DNA of 64,000 nt from Candidatus Bathyarchaeota archaeon (GTDB lineage: Archaea; Thermoproteota; Bathyarchaeia; Bathyarchaeales; Bathycorpusculaceae), in NCBI GenBank assembly GCA_963806535.1, contig CAWDYC010000006.1, positions 96,001 through 160,000 on the forward strand, in the 5' to 3' direction. The notes below the pieces were generated by a model. It was not told the origin of the DNA, searched no databases, and was given only the letters and a program-made list of their open reading frames with translations. Numbering within the stretch: position 1 is the first letter of the stretch; each line of letters begins with the position of its first letter. The position numbers and the translations under genes are program-made. Of this stretch, positions 29,448-40,456 are shown piece after piece.

Positions 29448-30101
29448 ATGGAAAAGTTCTTTAATCATTATCGATTGACACTTTGTATTCTTGACGAAAC
29501 TATTTTTTTTTCCGAACGTTTAGGAGTATTTTTTATCTTGAGAAATTCCGATAAATTTTGTATTGAAGATCATAGCGACATTGAAACTGTAAAGATTCTT
29601 CAAGTTTTTGAGAGAAAATTCAATCTCTACGTAGTGTTCTCTGTTGTTTATGGGTTTGTTTTTGTAAATTATATAGATATTATTTCAGGTGGTTTTAATG
29701 GTTATCACCTGTGGCTTATTATCATGTATTTTTTTCCTTTCATAACACTGTCAATATTTTTTCCCAGAAACTGGCAGTTGACTTTGGGGTTGGGCTTTAT
29801 TGCTTCGTTGATGAATGATTTGTTCTATGGAGTTGTTAGAAACTTGATGGGTTTCCCGCTTGATTTAAAATGGTATTACATTTCTTGGCTTATTCCGGGC
29901 AACGCCACTCTATTTCATTTGAACCTCGGCTTCGCGGTCCTTCCTGTTATTTCATGGATGATGGCGCTCTCTATTTATGCAAGATTCATCGTGGTTTTCT
30001 TCTTACTGAGAACGTGGAAAATACAAGCAAAAGTTAGATGTGTAAATGATGCACGGACAAAAAAGAAAGCTTTACTAAGTAAATTGGCAGAAAAATTCTG
30101 A
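29448..30101 (+). CDS. Multi-pass membrane protein
   Basis: About four TMs with polar motifs NYID, YH, MND; true start probably downstream of 29448. Confidence 0.65.
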   Translation: MEKFFNHYRLTLCILDETIFFSERLGVFFILRNSDKFCIEDHSDIETVKILQVFERKFNLYVVFSVVYGFVFVNYIDIISGGFNGYHLWLIIMYFFPFITLSIFFPRNWQLTLGLGFIASLMNDLFYGVVRNLMGFPLDLKWYYISWLIPGNATLFHLNLGFAVLPVISWMMALSIYARFIVVFFLLRTWKIQAKVRCVNDARTKKKALLSKLAEKF

Positions 30102-30140
30102 TCGAACTCATTCACTACTTTCAGGTTTGCGTTGTCGAGG

Positions 30141-31113
30141 TTAAGTTGCTGGGGCGGTTACGTTAAGCCAGATTTGTCCCCATGTTTGTTGGTATTGGTT
30201 TTGGTTTAGGGTTTGATTGTAGAGGTAGAGTTCAAATATTATTCTTTGGTTCAAGCCTGGCTGTGTTAAAGTTACGTTTACTGGAAAGGTCCATGTTTGG
30301 TTGTTAGGTAATATTTGGCTAAACTGTTGAATTGGCGCTATAGGAGCTGGGTTTACTGCTGTATCATTATTTCCAAGTTTTACCATAATGGTATAGTAAA
30401 TTGGGCTGCCCATTTGGTTGCCAACATAACAATACAGGTTAACGGTGTCACTTGCAACTACTTGATGAGGATAGTCGCCTAACTTCATGTTTGGCCCCAA
30501 GACACCTAATTCTGAGAATTGCTCACCTTGATTTTCTAGGAAGCACAAATAATGAAACCGAAAAAAACGCTATAATAATGGTTATGCCTAAAAATATGGC
30601 ACATAATTGTTCTGCTGTAATGATTAAGGATTTGTTATTTGCTAGGGGGTTTTTGGTTTTTATTCGATAGTTCTTTCGTAGATTAAACCAGATTCTCCAA
30701 AGTAATTTTGGACCAAAAGCATAGACAAGAATTCCTGCCAATATTAGACTGACAGCAGATGCTACTGCAATTATAGGCAATACGTTTGATGCTGATTGCT
30801 GAGCTGCAATTGCTTGCTGCGTAACGTTTTGAGCAATTATTTGCGCTTGATCAACTAATGATTGTGCTCGTTGCGGATTTGTTGAATTCAATTGTTGGGC
30901 TTGCGCTGTCAAGTTTATGGCTTGGTTTAGTTGCTGTATGAGTTGGTTTGTGTCAGCGCCAGCGTTGGAAGCTTTGAGGATTGCTTTGTAGGCGCTATAG
31001 GTTGCGTCTTGTGCACTGTTGGTTGAGGCTGATTGACCATAGGTCATTGCGATCGCTGGAACTGTAATTAATAATAGCAGAAGAACTGTCATTAATTCTG
31101 TTGTTCTTTTCAT
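30141..31113 (-). pseudogene. Secreted helical domain + TMs + DUF1616 C-terminal-type domain; probably one gene with a frameshift at ~30535
   Basis: '...SLFVLP' continues in another frame as 'ENQGEQFSELGVLG...'; the two halves are paralogous to 47018-47521 and 47511-48104. Confidence 0.65.
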
Positions 31114-31215
31114 ACCCTCTCTCGTTCTCTGAAATAACGATTTCTAAGCATAAGACATATATAAAAATTGATAAGGATTACCTGTATTATCATCTCATTT
31201 GGAGGGAGCAGAGGG

Positions 31216-31794
31216 TTGAGTGCTGATTTAGATAAAATTATTTTGGAAACCGCTAAATCGCTAAATCAACCTATTGTTTCTGATCTTGTTGACAATTTGG
31301 TTAACAAAAAAGGCTTGAAATTCAAAGAAGCGACTAAAGCTGTCTACATTGAATGGAAAAAAGGCACTTTAGACCTAACTGAAGCTAAGCCTTCTTCATC
31401 CTTAGCAAGTTATCTTTTCAATCTGGAAAACATGTGGTTCTGGGGCACAACCATATTAGTAGCTTTTACGATGCTCGTTGTTTTCACTGTTGATAGCACT
31501 GTGCTGCTTTATGTTCGATATGTTTTAGGCGGCATTTTTATTTTATTTTTGCCAGGGTTCATGCTTGTCTCTGTGCTTTATCCAAGGGGCCGAGAGATTG
31601 ATGAGCTTGAAAGAGTGGCTCTGTCAATAGGTTTGAGTCTCGCTATCGTACCGCTTGTCGGACTTGTGCTAAACTATACTCCTTGGGGAATAACTTTAAC
31701 GCCAATTATGATTTCTTTGGCTTTTTTTTCAGAAGCACTGGCGTTTAGTGCGTTTGTAAGAAAATATCAATATTACAAGATAGGTTCAAAGTAA
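31216..31794 (+). CDS. DUF1616 membrane-domain protein
   Basis: 'LFLPGF...LYP...ERVALSIGLSLAIVPLVGLVLNYTPWGI'; TTG 31216 after GGAG/GAGG. Confidence 0.8.
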   Translation: MSADLDKIILETAKSLNQPIVSDLVDNLVNKKGLKFKEATKAVYIEWKKGTLDLTEAKPSSSLASYLFNLENMWFWGTTILVAFTMLVVFTVDSTVLLYVRYVLGGIFILFLPGFMLVSVLYPRGREIDELERVALSIGLSLAIVPLVGLVLNYTPWGITLTPIMISLAFFSEALAFSAFVRKYQYYKIGSK

Positions 31795-31945
31795 TCATTA
31801 CCGAACTTCGACACTTCTGCAAAATGTTTTGTTTACTCTCTTTTATGGAAAAGCTTTAAACTTTAATAAAAAGGATGATACCGTAAATGGTCATTTAGGA
31901 GAGACGGGTGGGAATAGAGGGCGCTCCGACTTACTGGTGTAAACA

Positions 31946-32701
31946 ATGAAACCTATTAGCAATTCATTCACTCTGCTTGGCGTTTGTTTAAGTCTGTCAG
32001 GCTTAACGCTGGTAGCTATAGCTTTCATTATTTTACAATCACCCCCCATCACGGCACTTGGACTATCAACCATAATTTTAGGTGCAGTTTCACTTGCTCT
32101 AGGAAGAGGCCAACCGAAAATTTCTCCAGAAGCAAGCGAGATACTTTTGCAGTCTGGAATAGAAAATATTTCAGCAATAGTGGAAGAATTAGGCTTAAAA
32201 TCCAATGCAATTTATTTGCCCTCTTCGATGACTTCTGGAAAGCCACAGGCTCTTATTCCGTTACATTCGAATCCTCATCCACCCAAACTTGGGAACATTG
32301 TTTTGCCAAAACGGCTGATTGTTAAGCATGGTTCTAACCCTGAAGACATGGGGCTGTTGGTTACAACACCGGGATCCGCAGTTGCAGGCATGGTGACAAC
32401 AAAATCTGATGCAGCAGAAGGAGACTTAGAGGCTGCTCTCACATTTGTTCTTGTTAGCACAGTGGGCTTGGCCGACGGTGCGAAAGTAGCAATGGATGAA
32501 GAGAAAATTCGAGTTGAGATTTCTAACCCGCGTTTAGAATTCAAGAAAATGTGGGTTTATGAAAGCTTAGGCAGCCCTATCGCTTCCATAGTTGCTTCCG
32601 TAGTTGCTGAGGTCTTAGATAAACCAGTAACCGTCGACAACGAGCAATTCAGCAAGGGCAAATGCATTATCGAGCTAAAGTTGGCGGGGCGAAACTTCTG
32701 A
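31946..32701 (+). CDS. Conserved archaeal protein with two N-terminal TMs
   Basis: Two TMs, 'AIYLP', 'TPGS', 'GSPIAS' motifs; first gene of a coupled operon. Confidence 0.75.
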   Translation: MKPISNSFTLLGVCLSLSGLTLVAIAFIILQSPPITALGLSTIILGAVSLALGRGQPKISPEASEILLQSGIENISAIVEELGLKSNAIYLPSSMTSGKPQALIPLHSNPHPPKLGNIVLPKRLIVKHGSNPEDMGLLVTTPGSAVAGMVTTKSDAAEGDLEAALTFVLVSTVGLADGAKVAMDEEKIRVEISNPRLEFKKMWVYESLGSPIASIVASVVAEVLDKPVTVDNEQFSKGKCIIELKLAGRNF

Positions 32702-32961
32702 AAATTATAGAGAGATATATTCTATCTTTAGCCGTCACTTATGCCTTAACCACTTTTGCGCTTTCGTTCTACACCGCAAGCGGGCTAGATCTATTTGTTT
32801 CGATTTATATTGTTGAATATTTTATCTTGACGCTTCTACATTCTCCATTTAACGTGAAGACTCAAAAAACAACCAATTTGATCGGCTATTCGCTTTTTGG
32901 CATTTTCATAATTATCGTGGCGTTAAAGGTGCTGGAAATACTGATAGGAGTAAGGTTATGA
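32662..32961 (+). CDS. Small three-TM protein
   Basis: Hydrophobic, 'D..VS...EYF'; overlaps both neighbours; exact start uncertain. Confidence 0.7.
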   Translation: MHYRAKVGGAKLLKIIERYILSLAVTYALTTFALSFYTASGLDLFVSIYIVEYFILTLLHSPFNVKTQKTTNLIGYSLFGIFIIIVALKVLEILIGVRL

Positions 32962-34928
32962 AGCGCCTTGCGGCTGTTCTAATTCTCCTTTTAGCCGTTT
33001 CTTTTCTTTCTCCGGTTATCACGGTTAAAGCTGCACCGGCACTCATTCCACATGAGGACCCTTCAGGTGCCCAAAGCACCATGGATGCCTATTCTTTTCT
33101 TTCCCAGTATGCAGGCATTATGTCTCTTATTGCTAACGAACAATACGATAATGCCAGTAAGCTCACTGCACAGCTAAGTCATATTACTGTGCCACCAGAC
33201 CTAAGCTATGTCATAAACAGATACAACAACATCACTCAACAACTTATCGGCACGTTATCAGACCTTCGAATTGCATTAGATAACGCCACTTCTCTTCTTA
33301 GTCAAAACAGATTAAACGAAGCTTCTCAAGCTCTCGATAACGCAAGCGTTTTGGTTGCCAGAGCCCAGATATTACTAGGTGACTTGCAAGACGCTACGGC
33401 GACCGTGAGTCAAAGGCTCGGCGTTTTTGCAGCGCCAGCTCAAAGCAACATTAAACAATCATATGATACCCTTCAAGGTCTTTTACAAAAACTAAACAAC
33501 CTTATTAATCAATACCATCTGCTTTTACAGAACGCTAACAAACAAGCTGATGATATTAAGGCTAAACAACTTGATTCCACTCAACTTTCACTTAGCGTAA
33601 ATCCAACAACAGCATTTGTCGGCGCGACAGTTACAGCTTCAGGAGTGCTCATGAGTGGCGGACAAGTTTTGCAAAACCGGGCTGTAGCGATACTTTTAAA
33701 CGGAACTCAAGTTGCAAGTTTTGACACTAATTCAAATGGGCAATACTTTGCAGTTTTTACTGTTCCATATCGCTACGTAAAATCGATTACCGTTCAGGCA
33801 CTTTATGCGCCTACAAGCAGCTTCGACAAAGCAACGTATCTAGCAGGTTTAAGCACAAAAATCTCGATTAGCATATTGTTCTATCAAACTTATCTTAACG
33901 TAACGATGCCTAATGTTGCTTATCCAGGTTTGAATTATATTGTAAGTGGAGTGGTAACATCCCAGAATGGATCTATTCTAAGTCAGAGAGCAGTCAACTT
34001 GCTTTTTGATGATAAAGTGGTTGGGCAAATTGAAACCAATCAGTCTGGCTTGTTTTGCATCGAAACTACTCTTAGTCCCCAAGCAGCGGTAGGAGTTCAC
34101 AGCTTAACCGTAGGCGTTGATCCAGAAAAACTCTACGCAGGAGTAAGCCAAAATACAGCTATATCAGTCACAAAGCTTACTTCCAAACTAAACTTTAATG
34201 CGCCCTCTTTTGTTTTCCTTCCCTCAGCGTTGCATATTTCTGGAACTGCAAGTTCCCCTTCAGGACCTTTAAAGAACGCTTTAGTTACACTGGAATTCGC
34301 AAGCATTTCAGACACAATTTCAACGATGGATGATGGCTCTTTCAACTCAACAATGAATATACCATTGAGTACAATTTTTGCGGGAACTCAAGACATTAAA
34401 GTTTCCGTTCAGCCGGCTGAACCTTGGCAAGCATCGACTCAGAAAGACGCTAGCGTTTTTGTTTTGAACTCGGTTAGTACCGCATTTTCTCTTGTTGCTT
34501 CCTTCTCGATAGTTGGAGTTTTATGCCTGAAGTTTGCTAAGTCAAAACCCAAGAAAAATAAGGAAAAATTGGTTCAAGATTATTATTCAACATTACCGCA
34601 GACTTCAGCAATTAATGGAGCTGGGGCTTCCATTAAGGCTGAGTTCAAATTTGAGGGTATTAAGGGCAAAGTCTTGGAGGCTTATATTAAAGCTCTAAGA
34701 AGCATCGAGTACCTTTCCGGAATTACAATTAATCAAGACATGACTTTGCGCGAGTTTTTGCACATTACCGAACGCAGTCTTGGTAATGCAGTTTATCAAT
34801 TTACAGAGTTGACATTGCTGGCTGAAAGAGCCCTTTATTCTAAACACATGCCTGAAGAGCAGGATTTGTTAAAAGCACAAAGTTTCGCAAACGAAATTGG
34901 GAGGATACTGAATAATGAAAACAAGTAA
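32958..34928 (+). CDS. Membrane protein with helical bundle, Ig-like domains and C-terminal DUF4129
   Basis: Signal peptide, helical region, three beta-sandwich repeats, TM, 'MTLREF...LTLLAERALYS'. Confidence 0.8.
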   Translation: MKRLAAVLILLLAVSFLSPVITVKAAPALIPHEDPSGAQSTMDAYSFLSQYAGIMSLIANEQYDNASKLTAQLSHITVPPDLSYVINRYNNITQQLIGTLSDLRIALDNATSLLSQNRLNEASQALDNASVLVARAQILLGDLQDATATVSQRLGVFAAPAQSNIKQSYDTLQGLLQKLNNLINQYHLLLQNANKQADDIKAKQLDSTQLSLSVNPTTAFVGATVTASGVLMSGGQVLQNRAVAILLNGTQVASFDTNSNGQYFAVFTVPYRYVKSITVQALYAPTSSFDKATYLAGLSTKISISILFYQTYLNVTMPNVAYPGLNYIVSGVVTSQNGSILSQRAVNLLFDDKVVGQIETNQSGLFCIETTLSPQAAVGVHSLTVGVDPEKLYAGVSQNTAISVTKLTSKLNFNAPSFVFLPSALHISGTASSPSGPLKNALVTLEFASISDTISTMDDGSFNSTMNIPLSTIFAGTQDIKVSVQPAEPWQASTQKDASVFVLNSVSTAFSLVASFSIVGVLCLKFAKSKPKKNKEKLVQDYYSTLPQTSAINGAGASIKAEFKFEGIKGKVLEAYIKALRSIEYLSGITINQDMTLREFLHITERSLGNAVYQFTELTLLAERALYSKHMPEEQDLLKAQSFANEIGRILNNENK

Positions 34929-35820
34929 ACTCCTGCTTGCCTTAACCTTAGTCATCATAATTTCAATGTTGACTTTGATTTGGTTCTTCCCGCCGAACGG
35001 AGATTTCAGGGTTGAAAATCCATCTTGGAACGGGCTTTCAACACTTAACTCAAAGGCTAAACTCACTGTTATAGACACATTTGCTAATTTGCCCGCTAAT
35101 CCTAAAGGAACTGCACTTCTTCTTGTGCCTTACGAGGCATTTTCTTATTCAGAGCTTTCACAACTAAAAAATTACGCTTTGAATGGGGGAACGTTGGTGA
35201 TTCTTGACGATTATGGCTTTGGCAACCAAGTTCTGAATGGCATTGGATTGAAAATGAGATTTACTGGAGTGCCCATGTTAGATCCCCTTTATAATTATAA
35301 GGATAAATGGATACCGAAGATTACAGATTTCTCAAATTCTTCAATTGCAGAAAATGTTAGTAGCATTGTCCTTAATCATGCTTCAAGCTTGAACAATACA
35401 TCAGATTCTACCGTCATAGCTTATTCTTCCACGTTTAGCTTTCTAGACGTCAACGGTGACGGATCATGGAATAATAATGAACCTAACGGGCCTTTTCCAA
35501 TCATAGCGTATAATACATTAGGTCATGGCAACGTTGTTGCAATTGCTGACCCGAGCCTTATGATTAACAGCATGATCGTTTTAGACAATAACTTACAACT
35601 CGTTAACAATGTTGTTAGTATACAGGATGGTAGCCCTAAGATTTTTGTTGATCAATCTCATTTACCCAAGGAACCATTAGATGATGCCAAAGCTACTATT
35701 GCAGCATTCTATGGAGCGATTTCTTCTACTGTTGGCACGTTAAGCTTAATAGCAGTGATAATAGTTTTATCTCTAAATTCAATGTGGCGGAAGGGAAAGA
35801 GCAATGGCAACAAACATTAA
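34915..35820 (+). CDS. DUF4350 protein
   Basis: 'N..WNGLS', 'GGTLVILDDYG.GN', 'G.G.VV.IADPS..IN', 'DQSH'; flanking TMs. Confidence 0.85.
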   Translation: MKTSKLLLALTLVIIISMLTLIWFFPPNGDFRVENPSWNGLSTLNSKAKLTVIDTFANLPANPKGTALLLVPYEAFSYSELSQLKNYALNGGTLVILDDYGFGNQVLNGIGLKMRFTGVPMLDPLYNYKDKWIPKITDFSNSSIAENVSSIVLNHASSLNNTSDSTVIAYSSTFSFLDVNGDGSWNNNEPNGPFPIIAYNTLGHGNVVAIADPSLMINSMIVLDNNLQLVNNVVSIQDGSPKIFVDQSHLPKEPLDDAKATIAAFYGAISSTVGTLSLIAVIIVLSLNSMWRKGKSNGNKH

Positions 35821-36748
35821 AGACATAACTGGAATACCTGGCAGAATCCTTGATGAAGTATCCAAAATTGTTATTGGCAAAGAAGAAATAAAGGAAATGC
35901 TTCTGGTTGCTCTATTAAGCGAAGGTCATGTTCTGATTGAAGGCTTACCTGGAACAGCCAAAACCTTACTTGCAAAAACATTTTCCAGTGTAATAGGTGG
36001 AGAGTTCAAAAGAATCCAGTTTACGCCAGATATGTTACCTGCAGACGTAACAGGATTTAATCTTTATACTCCTGACGGGAAGTCCAGATTCTTAGAAGGC
36101 CCATTGTTTGCGAATGTTGTTTTATCTGATGAGTTGAATCGAACAACACCAAGAACACAAGCAGCTTTAATTGAAGCCATGCAAGAAAGACAAGTAACTA
36201 TTGAAGGTAAAACCCATGTTTTGCCTAGACCTTTTATGATTATAGCAAGTCAGTTACCTTACGGATCTGAGGGAACTTATCCATTAACTGAAGTGCAGGC
36301 AGACCGGTTCATGCTTAGAGTTTGGAGCGACTACTTAAGTAAGGAAGATGAGGAGAAAGTTATTTCCAAGTTAGATTATATCGAAGAACCCGACATCAAA
36401 GCCGTTGCTTCACTCAAGGAAATTGCGAACCTTCAATCATCAGTCAAAAAGGTCCACGTGTCCGATGAAGTTAAAAACTACATAGTTTCGTTGGTAAGGT
36501 TTGCGCGTGAAGATCCAGATATTTTCACTGGCCCAAGCACCAGAACCAGCGTTTCATTTTACAAAGGATCAAGAGCATTTGCCTTTTTGCAAGGAAGAGA
36601 TTACGTGTTGCCAGATGATGTGAAGAAGTTAGCTATTCCGGTTATGATTCATAGGGTGCGTGTTAAGCCTGAAGCCGAAATGGAAAATGTAAAGCCTATC
36701 AACATTGTTGAAAGGGTTCTCAAAAGTGTCGCTGTTCCAAAAATATAG
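35804..36748 (+). CDS. moxR: MoxR-family AAA+ ATPase
   Basis: GHVLIEGLPGTAKT, RIQFTPDMLPAD, DELNR, EGTYPL.E.Q.DRF, GRDYV.PDD. Confidence 0.95.
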   Translation: MATNIKDITGIPGRILDEVSKIVIGKEEIKEMLLVALLSEGHVLIEGLPGTAKTLLAKTFSSVIGGEFKRIQFTPDMLPADVTGFNLYTPDGKSRFLEGPLFANVVLSDELNRTTPRTQAALIEAMQERQVTIEGKTHVLPRPFMIIASQLPYGSEGTYPLTEVQADRFMLRVWSDYLSKEDEEKVISKLDYIEEPDIKAVASLKEIANLQSSVKKVHVSDEVKNYIVSLVRFAREDPDIFTGPSTRTSVSFYKGSRAFAFLQGRDYVLPDDVKKLAIPVMIHRVRVKPEAEMENVKPINIVERVLKSVAVPKI

Positions 36749-36778
36749 TTAAGTCTAAGCTAAGCAGATGAAGAATCG

Positions 36779-38347
36779 ATGGCAGCAGTTACTGTTAAAA
36801 TGGTTGCTAAAGTATATTATGTATCTGTGCTTTTGCTAGCTATTCTGGTTTCTCCGCTTCCACAATTGGTTTTGGCTCTTGTTTTGTTGGCGATTCAGCT
36901 TAGTTTGGCATATAGACAACCCAGAGGAAGCATAGGTTTGGTTTTTGCTTCTTTGATTTTTGCTCCCTTAGCACTTACCGCTGCGGTCGGTGGGGTCTTT
37001 GCTGTTTTATTGGCAGTTCCTATCTTATTGCTTTTAGACGGGAGCCTTAAAGAGAACGCTTCGGACCAGCGTTTTGGATTCAAGAGAGTCGGCAGAAGCG
37101 CCTCTGATGTTTTAAAAATCTTGATTGTAGCCACGGTCATTGTATTTGTGTCTTCCGTCTTTTTGTGGAACTTAACTCTAATATTGACTGTTGCCATTTT
37201 AGCCGCCTATTTTGTACTTAGTTTGGCAAATGTTTTTCGTAAAATTCCTAGAAGACCTTTTGAGGAATCAAAGACTTGGAACAGAACAGTAGTAGGTGAA
37301 ACTGCAAGTAATTTGTCTTCTCTCAAGACAAAGTGTAATGTGCCCATTTTTGTTTCTCTGTCCTCTGCGGCTTCCTGGGTTAAGGTTGAACATTCAGAGT
37401 TTGTTTTACCTTCCGGTAGCGAGATGAATGTTGCTTTGAGTTTTACGCCACCCTTAGCTGGGCCAAGCAAAATTTCGCTTCATGCTTTGGCCGTTGATTC
37501 TCACGGTCTAGTTTTGACTGGTCAGAATTTGGAGCCTGTTGATTTGCATATTATCCCAAGGGCTCAATATGCTCGTTGGCTTGCTGTGAAGTATCTTGAA
37601 CGTACTGCGTCCGAATCAAATATGGTTAGTTCTGTTGTTTCTACTTCCGCTGGTAAATCAGCTAAGAAAGAGGTAGAGTACTATGGGAGTCGTGAGTATC
37701 AGCCAGGAGATAGATGGAAGGATGTTGATTGGAAGCACACGTATCTTTTTGGAAAGCTAATTGTTAAGGAGTTTGCAGGCGCTCAGGGACAGAATGCTAT
37801 TTTGGTTGCAGATTTAACTGCCAAGAATGCTGAGGAAGCCGATAAGTTGGCATTTGATTTAGTAATGTCTGCATATACTTTTGCATTGGAGTCTTTGCCA
37901 ACTGCTCTTGCAGTTTACAATTGTGATGAGGTGCTTGCAATGTCTCCACCACTCAATCCTAGAGAAGCATTGAAGAAAACACTACAATTAACAGAGAAGA
38001 TAATCGTTGTTGAACCTTCGGAAAAAGTTTTGGAGCCCACTAAAATGCGTAAGATTCGACGGTCAATAATTCTACTTGAGCAATCAAAAATGAACTCCAG
38101 TCAGAGGTTAGCTGAAGTTTTAAACCTTGAATATGAATCAAATAGGAAAACAGCACTAAATGACCCAGTCGGCAAAACGTTAATAAGAATCGTTGAAAGC
38201 ATAATGCCACCTTCAACCATAACCGTTGTTTCCTCTTCGTCTTGCAATGAAAACATATTGAATGTAATTCTAGAAAAATTAGAAGACAAAGGATACAAAA
38301 TCATAAGAACAGAAAGCACGCCAAAAAACAAAATTACTTCTATTTAA
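36779..38347 (+). CDS. DUF58 (vWA-like) membrane protein
   Basis: 'EYYGSREYQPGD....VDWK...LIVKEF'; N-terminal TMs; follows moxR. Confidence 0.88.
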   Translation: MAAVTVKMVAKVYYVSVLLLAILVSPLPQLVLALVLLAIQLSLAYRQPRGSIGLVFASLIFAPLALTAAVGGVFAVLLAVPILLLLDGSLKENASDQRFGFKRVGRSASDVLKILIVATVIVFVSSVFLWNLTLILTVAILAAYFVLSLANVFRKIPRRPFEESKTWNRTVVGETASNLSSLKTKCNVPIFVSLSSAASWVKVEHSEFVLPSGSEMNVALSFTPPLAGPSKISLHALAVDSHGLVLTGQNLEPVDLHIIPRAQYARWLAVKYLERTASESNMVSSVVSTSAGKSAKKEVEYYGSREYQPGDRWKDVDWKHTYLFGKLIVKEFAGAQGQNAILVADLTAKNAEEADKLAFDLVMSAYTFALESLPTALAVYNCDEVLAMSPPLNPREALKKTLQLTEKIIVVEPSEKVLEPTKMRKIRRSIILLEQSKMNSSQRLAEVLNLEYESNRKTALNDPVGKTLIRIVESIMPPSTITVVSSSSCNENILNVILEKLEDKGYKIIRTESTPKNKITSI

Positions 38348-38474
38348 GCTCCAAGTAGAAATAATATTTAGCTGAGATACATAATCCTAATTAATCGTTT
38401 AATTTCTATTTACCATTACTAGACGTTAACAAACACCAATTCATAGGATAAACAATCAACATTCTGGCGAAAAA

Positions 38475-39161
38475 ATGTTAGAAAAATTCAAAGAACAAAG
38501 AATTCGCATAGCGATCATAGTTATCGCAGCTGTCTTAATTTTTTATGCTGTTGGAAATGCTACAAACCTGTTTGGGAATCCTGTCTTCTCAATGTTTTGG
38601 GTATTAAGCAATGAACAAGCTCATAGCGTGGCCATTTATGGCGCCGTAGCAGGAGTAGTCGCCGTGCTGGCAATTGGCTTAGCCATGACTCTTATCAAGA
38701 AACGGAAGACCCTAAAACCAGGGACAACATATAAGCCCGCCATTTCTAGCTTTAAACCTGCTACTTCCAGCATTAAAACACCTATTCAAACACCAGTTAA
38801 AGCCGCTCCTCCAACTATTTCACACCCAACTATTACACCAAAAATGAATAGCAAAAAAGAAGAATACAAAACAGAACAAAAAATTGAGCCGATAAAACAA
38901 CCAATCATCCAGCCTACAATACCGTCGGCGGCTCAAAAACCAGTTACACCAATCAATATACCAACCAACGGTCAAAACAAGACAAACAACCAAAAAATCA
39001 ATACAGACAAACCAACTAGCGATAAATTATCTTGCCCGAACTGCAAAAAACAATTCGGTACACCCCTCTTCATGCTAGAATATGTTCAATCAAAACCAAA
39101 ACTGGTTGGGCATTGCCCATACTGCGACCAAACTCTAGCTAACGTCCAAAAAGATGCTTAA
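38475..39161 (+). CDS. Two-TM module + Pro/Lys/Thr linker + C-terminal zinc ribbon
   Basis: Shared N-terminal module; CPNC...CPYC. Confidence 0.78.
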   Translation: MLEKFKEQRIRIAIIVIAAVLIFYAVGNATNLFGNPVFSMFWVLSNEQAHSVAIYGAVAGVVAVLAIGLAMTLIKKRKTLKPGTTYKPAISSFKPATSSIKTPIQTPVKAAPPTISHPTITPKMNSKKEEYKTEQKIEPIKQPIIQPTIPSAAQKPVTPINIPTNGQNKTNNQKINTDKPTSDKLSCPNCKKQFGTPLFMLEYVQSKPKLVGHCPYCDQTLANVQKDA

Positions 39162-39239
39162 GTATAACTAATCATTTTTTAAATTTTAGAGAAATAAGTT
39201 ACTCTTTTAAGCTTACTGTATCTAATAAGAGCATGTCAG

Positions 39240-40220
39240 TTGCTGCAATCCAAAGAGGTAATTCAAATAAATGGAGTGGAAATGCGCTCAATGAGCAAAC
39301 CAAAGGTACTTTTAGGCTTGATCGGAGTAATAGTTTTAGTTTGGGGCGTCGGCATTGTAACTCGCGTTTGGGCTAATCCAATCTTCGCCTCTTTTTGGGT
39401 TGTAAGCAACGGAATGGCAGAAGTTTTGTCTTATGTTGGAACAGGTTTTGGAGGCTTGTTGCTTGCATTGGCAGTAATAGCTTACTATCAAAACACCAAC
39501 AGAGGGATAGCCAAAAATAGCATACTTGAAGCCTCACAAATTATGCGCCCAATGAGCAAAGCAATTGTACTAGTAGGCATAATCGGAATAGGTTTTTTAG
39601 TTTGGAGCATCGGCACTCCAATTCATCTTTGGGCTAACCCAATATTCGCTTATTTCTGGGTTACAAGCAATAATGTGTCAAAAGCTTTGTCTTATGTTGG
39701 AACATGTTTTGGAGCTTTATTGTTTGCATTGGCTGTAATATTCTATTATCAAAACACACACAAGAGACCAAGCAAAAATAACATTGTTACAGCCTTACAA
39801 ACGATGCATCCGATGGGCAAATCAACGATATTGCTAAGTTTGCTTGGAATGGTTTTTTTAGTTTGGGGTATTGGCATTTCAACTCGAATTTGGGCTAATC
39901 CAATTTTATCCTCTTTCAATGTTGTAAGTAACGGTGTGGCAGATGCTTTGTCTTATGTTGCTTCAGGTATTGGAGGCTTGTTTCTGGCGTTATCTGTGAT
40001 AGTTTACTATCAAAACACAAACGGGCGAACAGGCAAGATTCTTGTAGCTGACTCTTCCCATCCAACTAGACTCGATAGGTCTGAATTTTATGATGATAAT
40101 TGGCAAAAAAAACTATTACACCAAACAGAGGCTGATAATGATGAGCATAGTCCATTTGTAATCATAAATGGAAGACGCACAAACTTAGGTTCCGAAGAGA
40201 TGGAAAAAATTCTAGAATAA
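39240..40220 (+). CDS. Membrane protein with three tandem ~87-aa repeats of the two-TM module
   Basis: 3x 'MSK...LVW..G....WANPI...F.V.SN.....LSYV...G.L..AL.V..YYQNT'. Confidence 0.82.
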   Translation: MLQSKEVIQINGVEMRSMSKPKVLLGLIGVIVLVWGVGIVTRVWANPIFASFWVVSNGMAEVLSYVGTGFGGLLLALAVIAYYQNTNRGIAKNSILEASQIMRPMSKAIVLVGIIGIGFLVWSIGTPIHLWANPIFAYFWVTSNNVSKALSYVGTCFGALLFALAVIFYYQNTHKRPSKNNIVTALQTMHPMGKSTILLSLLGMVFLVWGIGISTRIWANPILSSFNVVSNGVADALSYVASGIGGLFLALSVIVYYQNTNGRTGKILVADSSHPTRLDRSEFYDDNWQKKLLHQTEADNDEHSPFVIINGRRTNLGSEEMEKILE

Positions 40221-40243
40221 ATTTATTGATTTTTTAATTTAAG

Positions 40244-40456
40244 TCAGCGTGTGGGTCCAGGTTTTCTCCAGCATTCGGGGTTTTTGTAGGCTGTTTTTGG
40301 CCCTTCTTTCCATATTGTTTCCCAGACTTTTTGGAATTCTTGGCTTGTGAGTTTTTCATGATTTTGAATTTTAGTTATGATTTGCGTTGTTTCATCGTCT
40401 GGTTTATTTCCGTTTTGAGTAATTCTTAATGATTCAAGTAATCTTTCTTCGAACAT
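40244..40456 (-). CDS. Small hypothetical protein
   Basis: 70-aa ORF with GAAGGTAG upstream and protein-like composition. Confidence 0.5.
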   Translation of the reverse strand: MFEERLLESLRITQNGNKPDDETTQIITKIQNHEKLTSQEFQKVWETIWKEGPKTAYKNPECWRKPGPTR

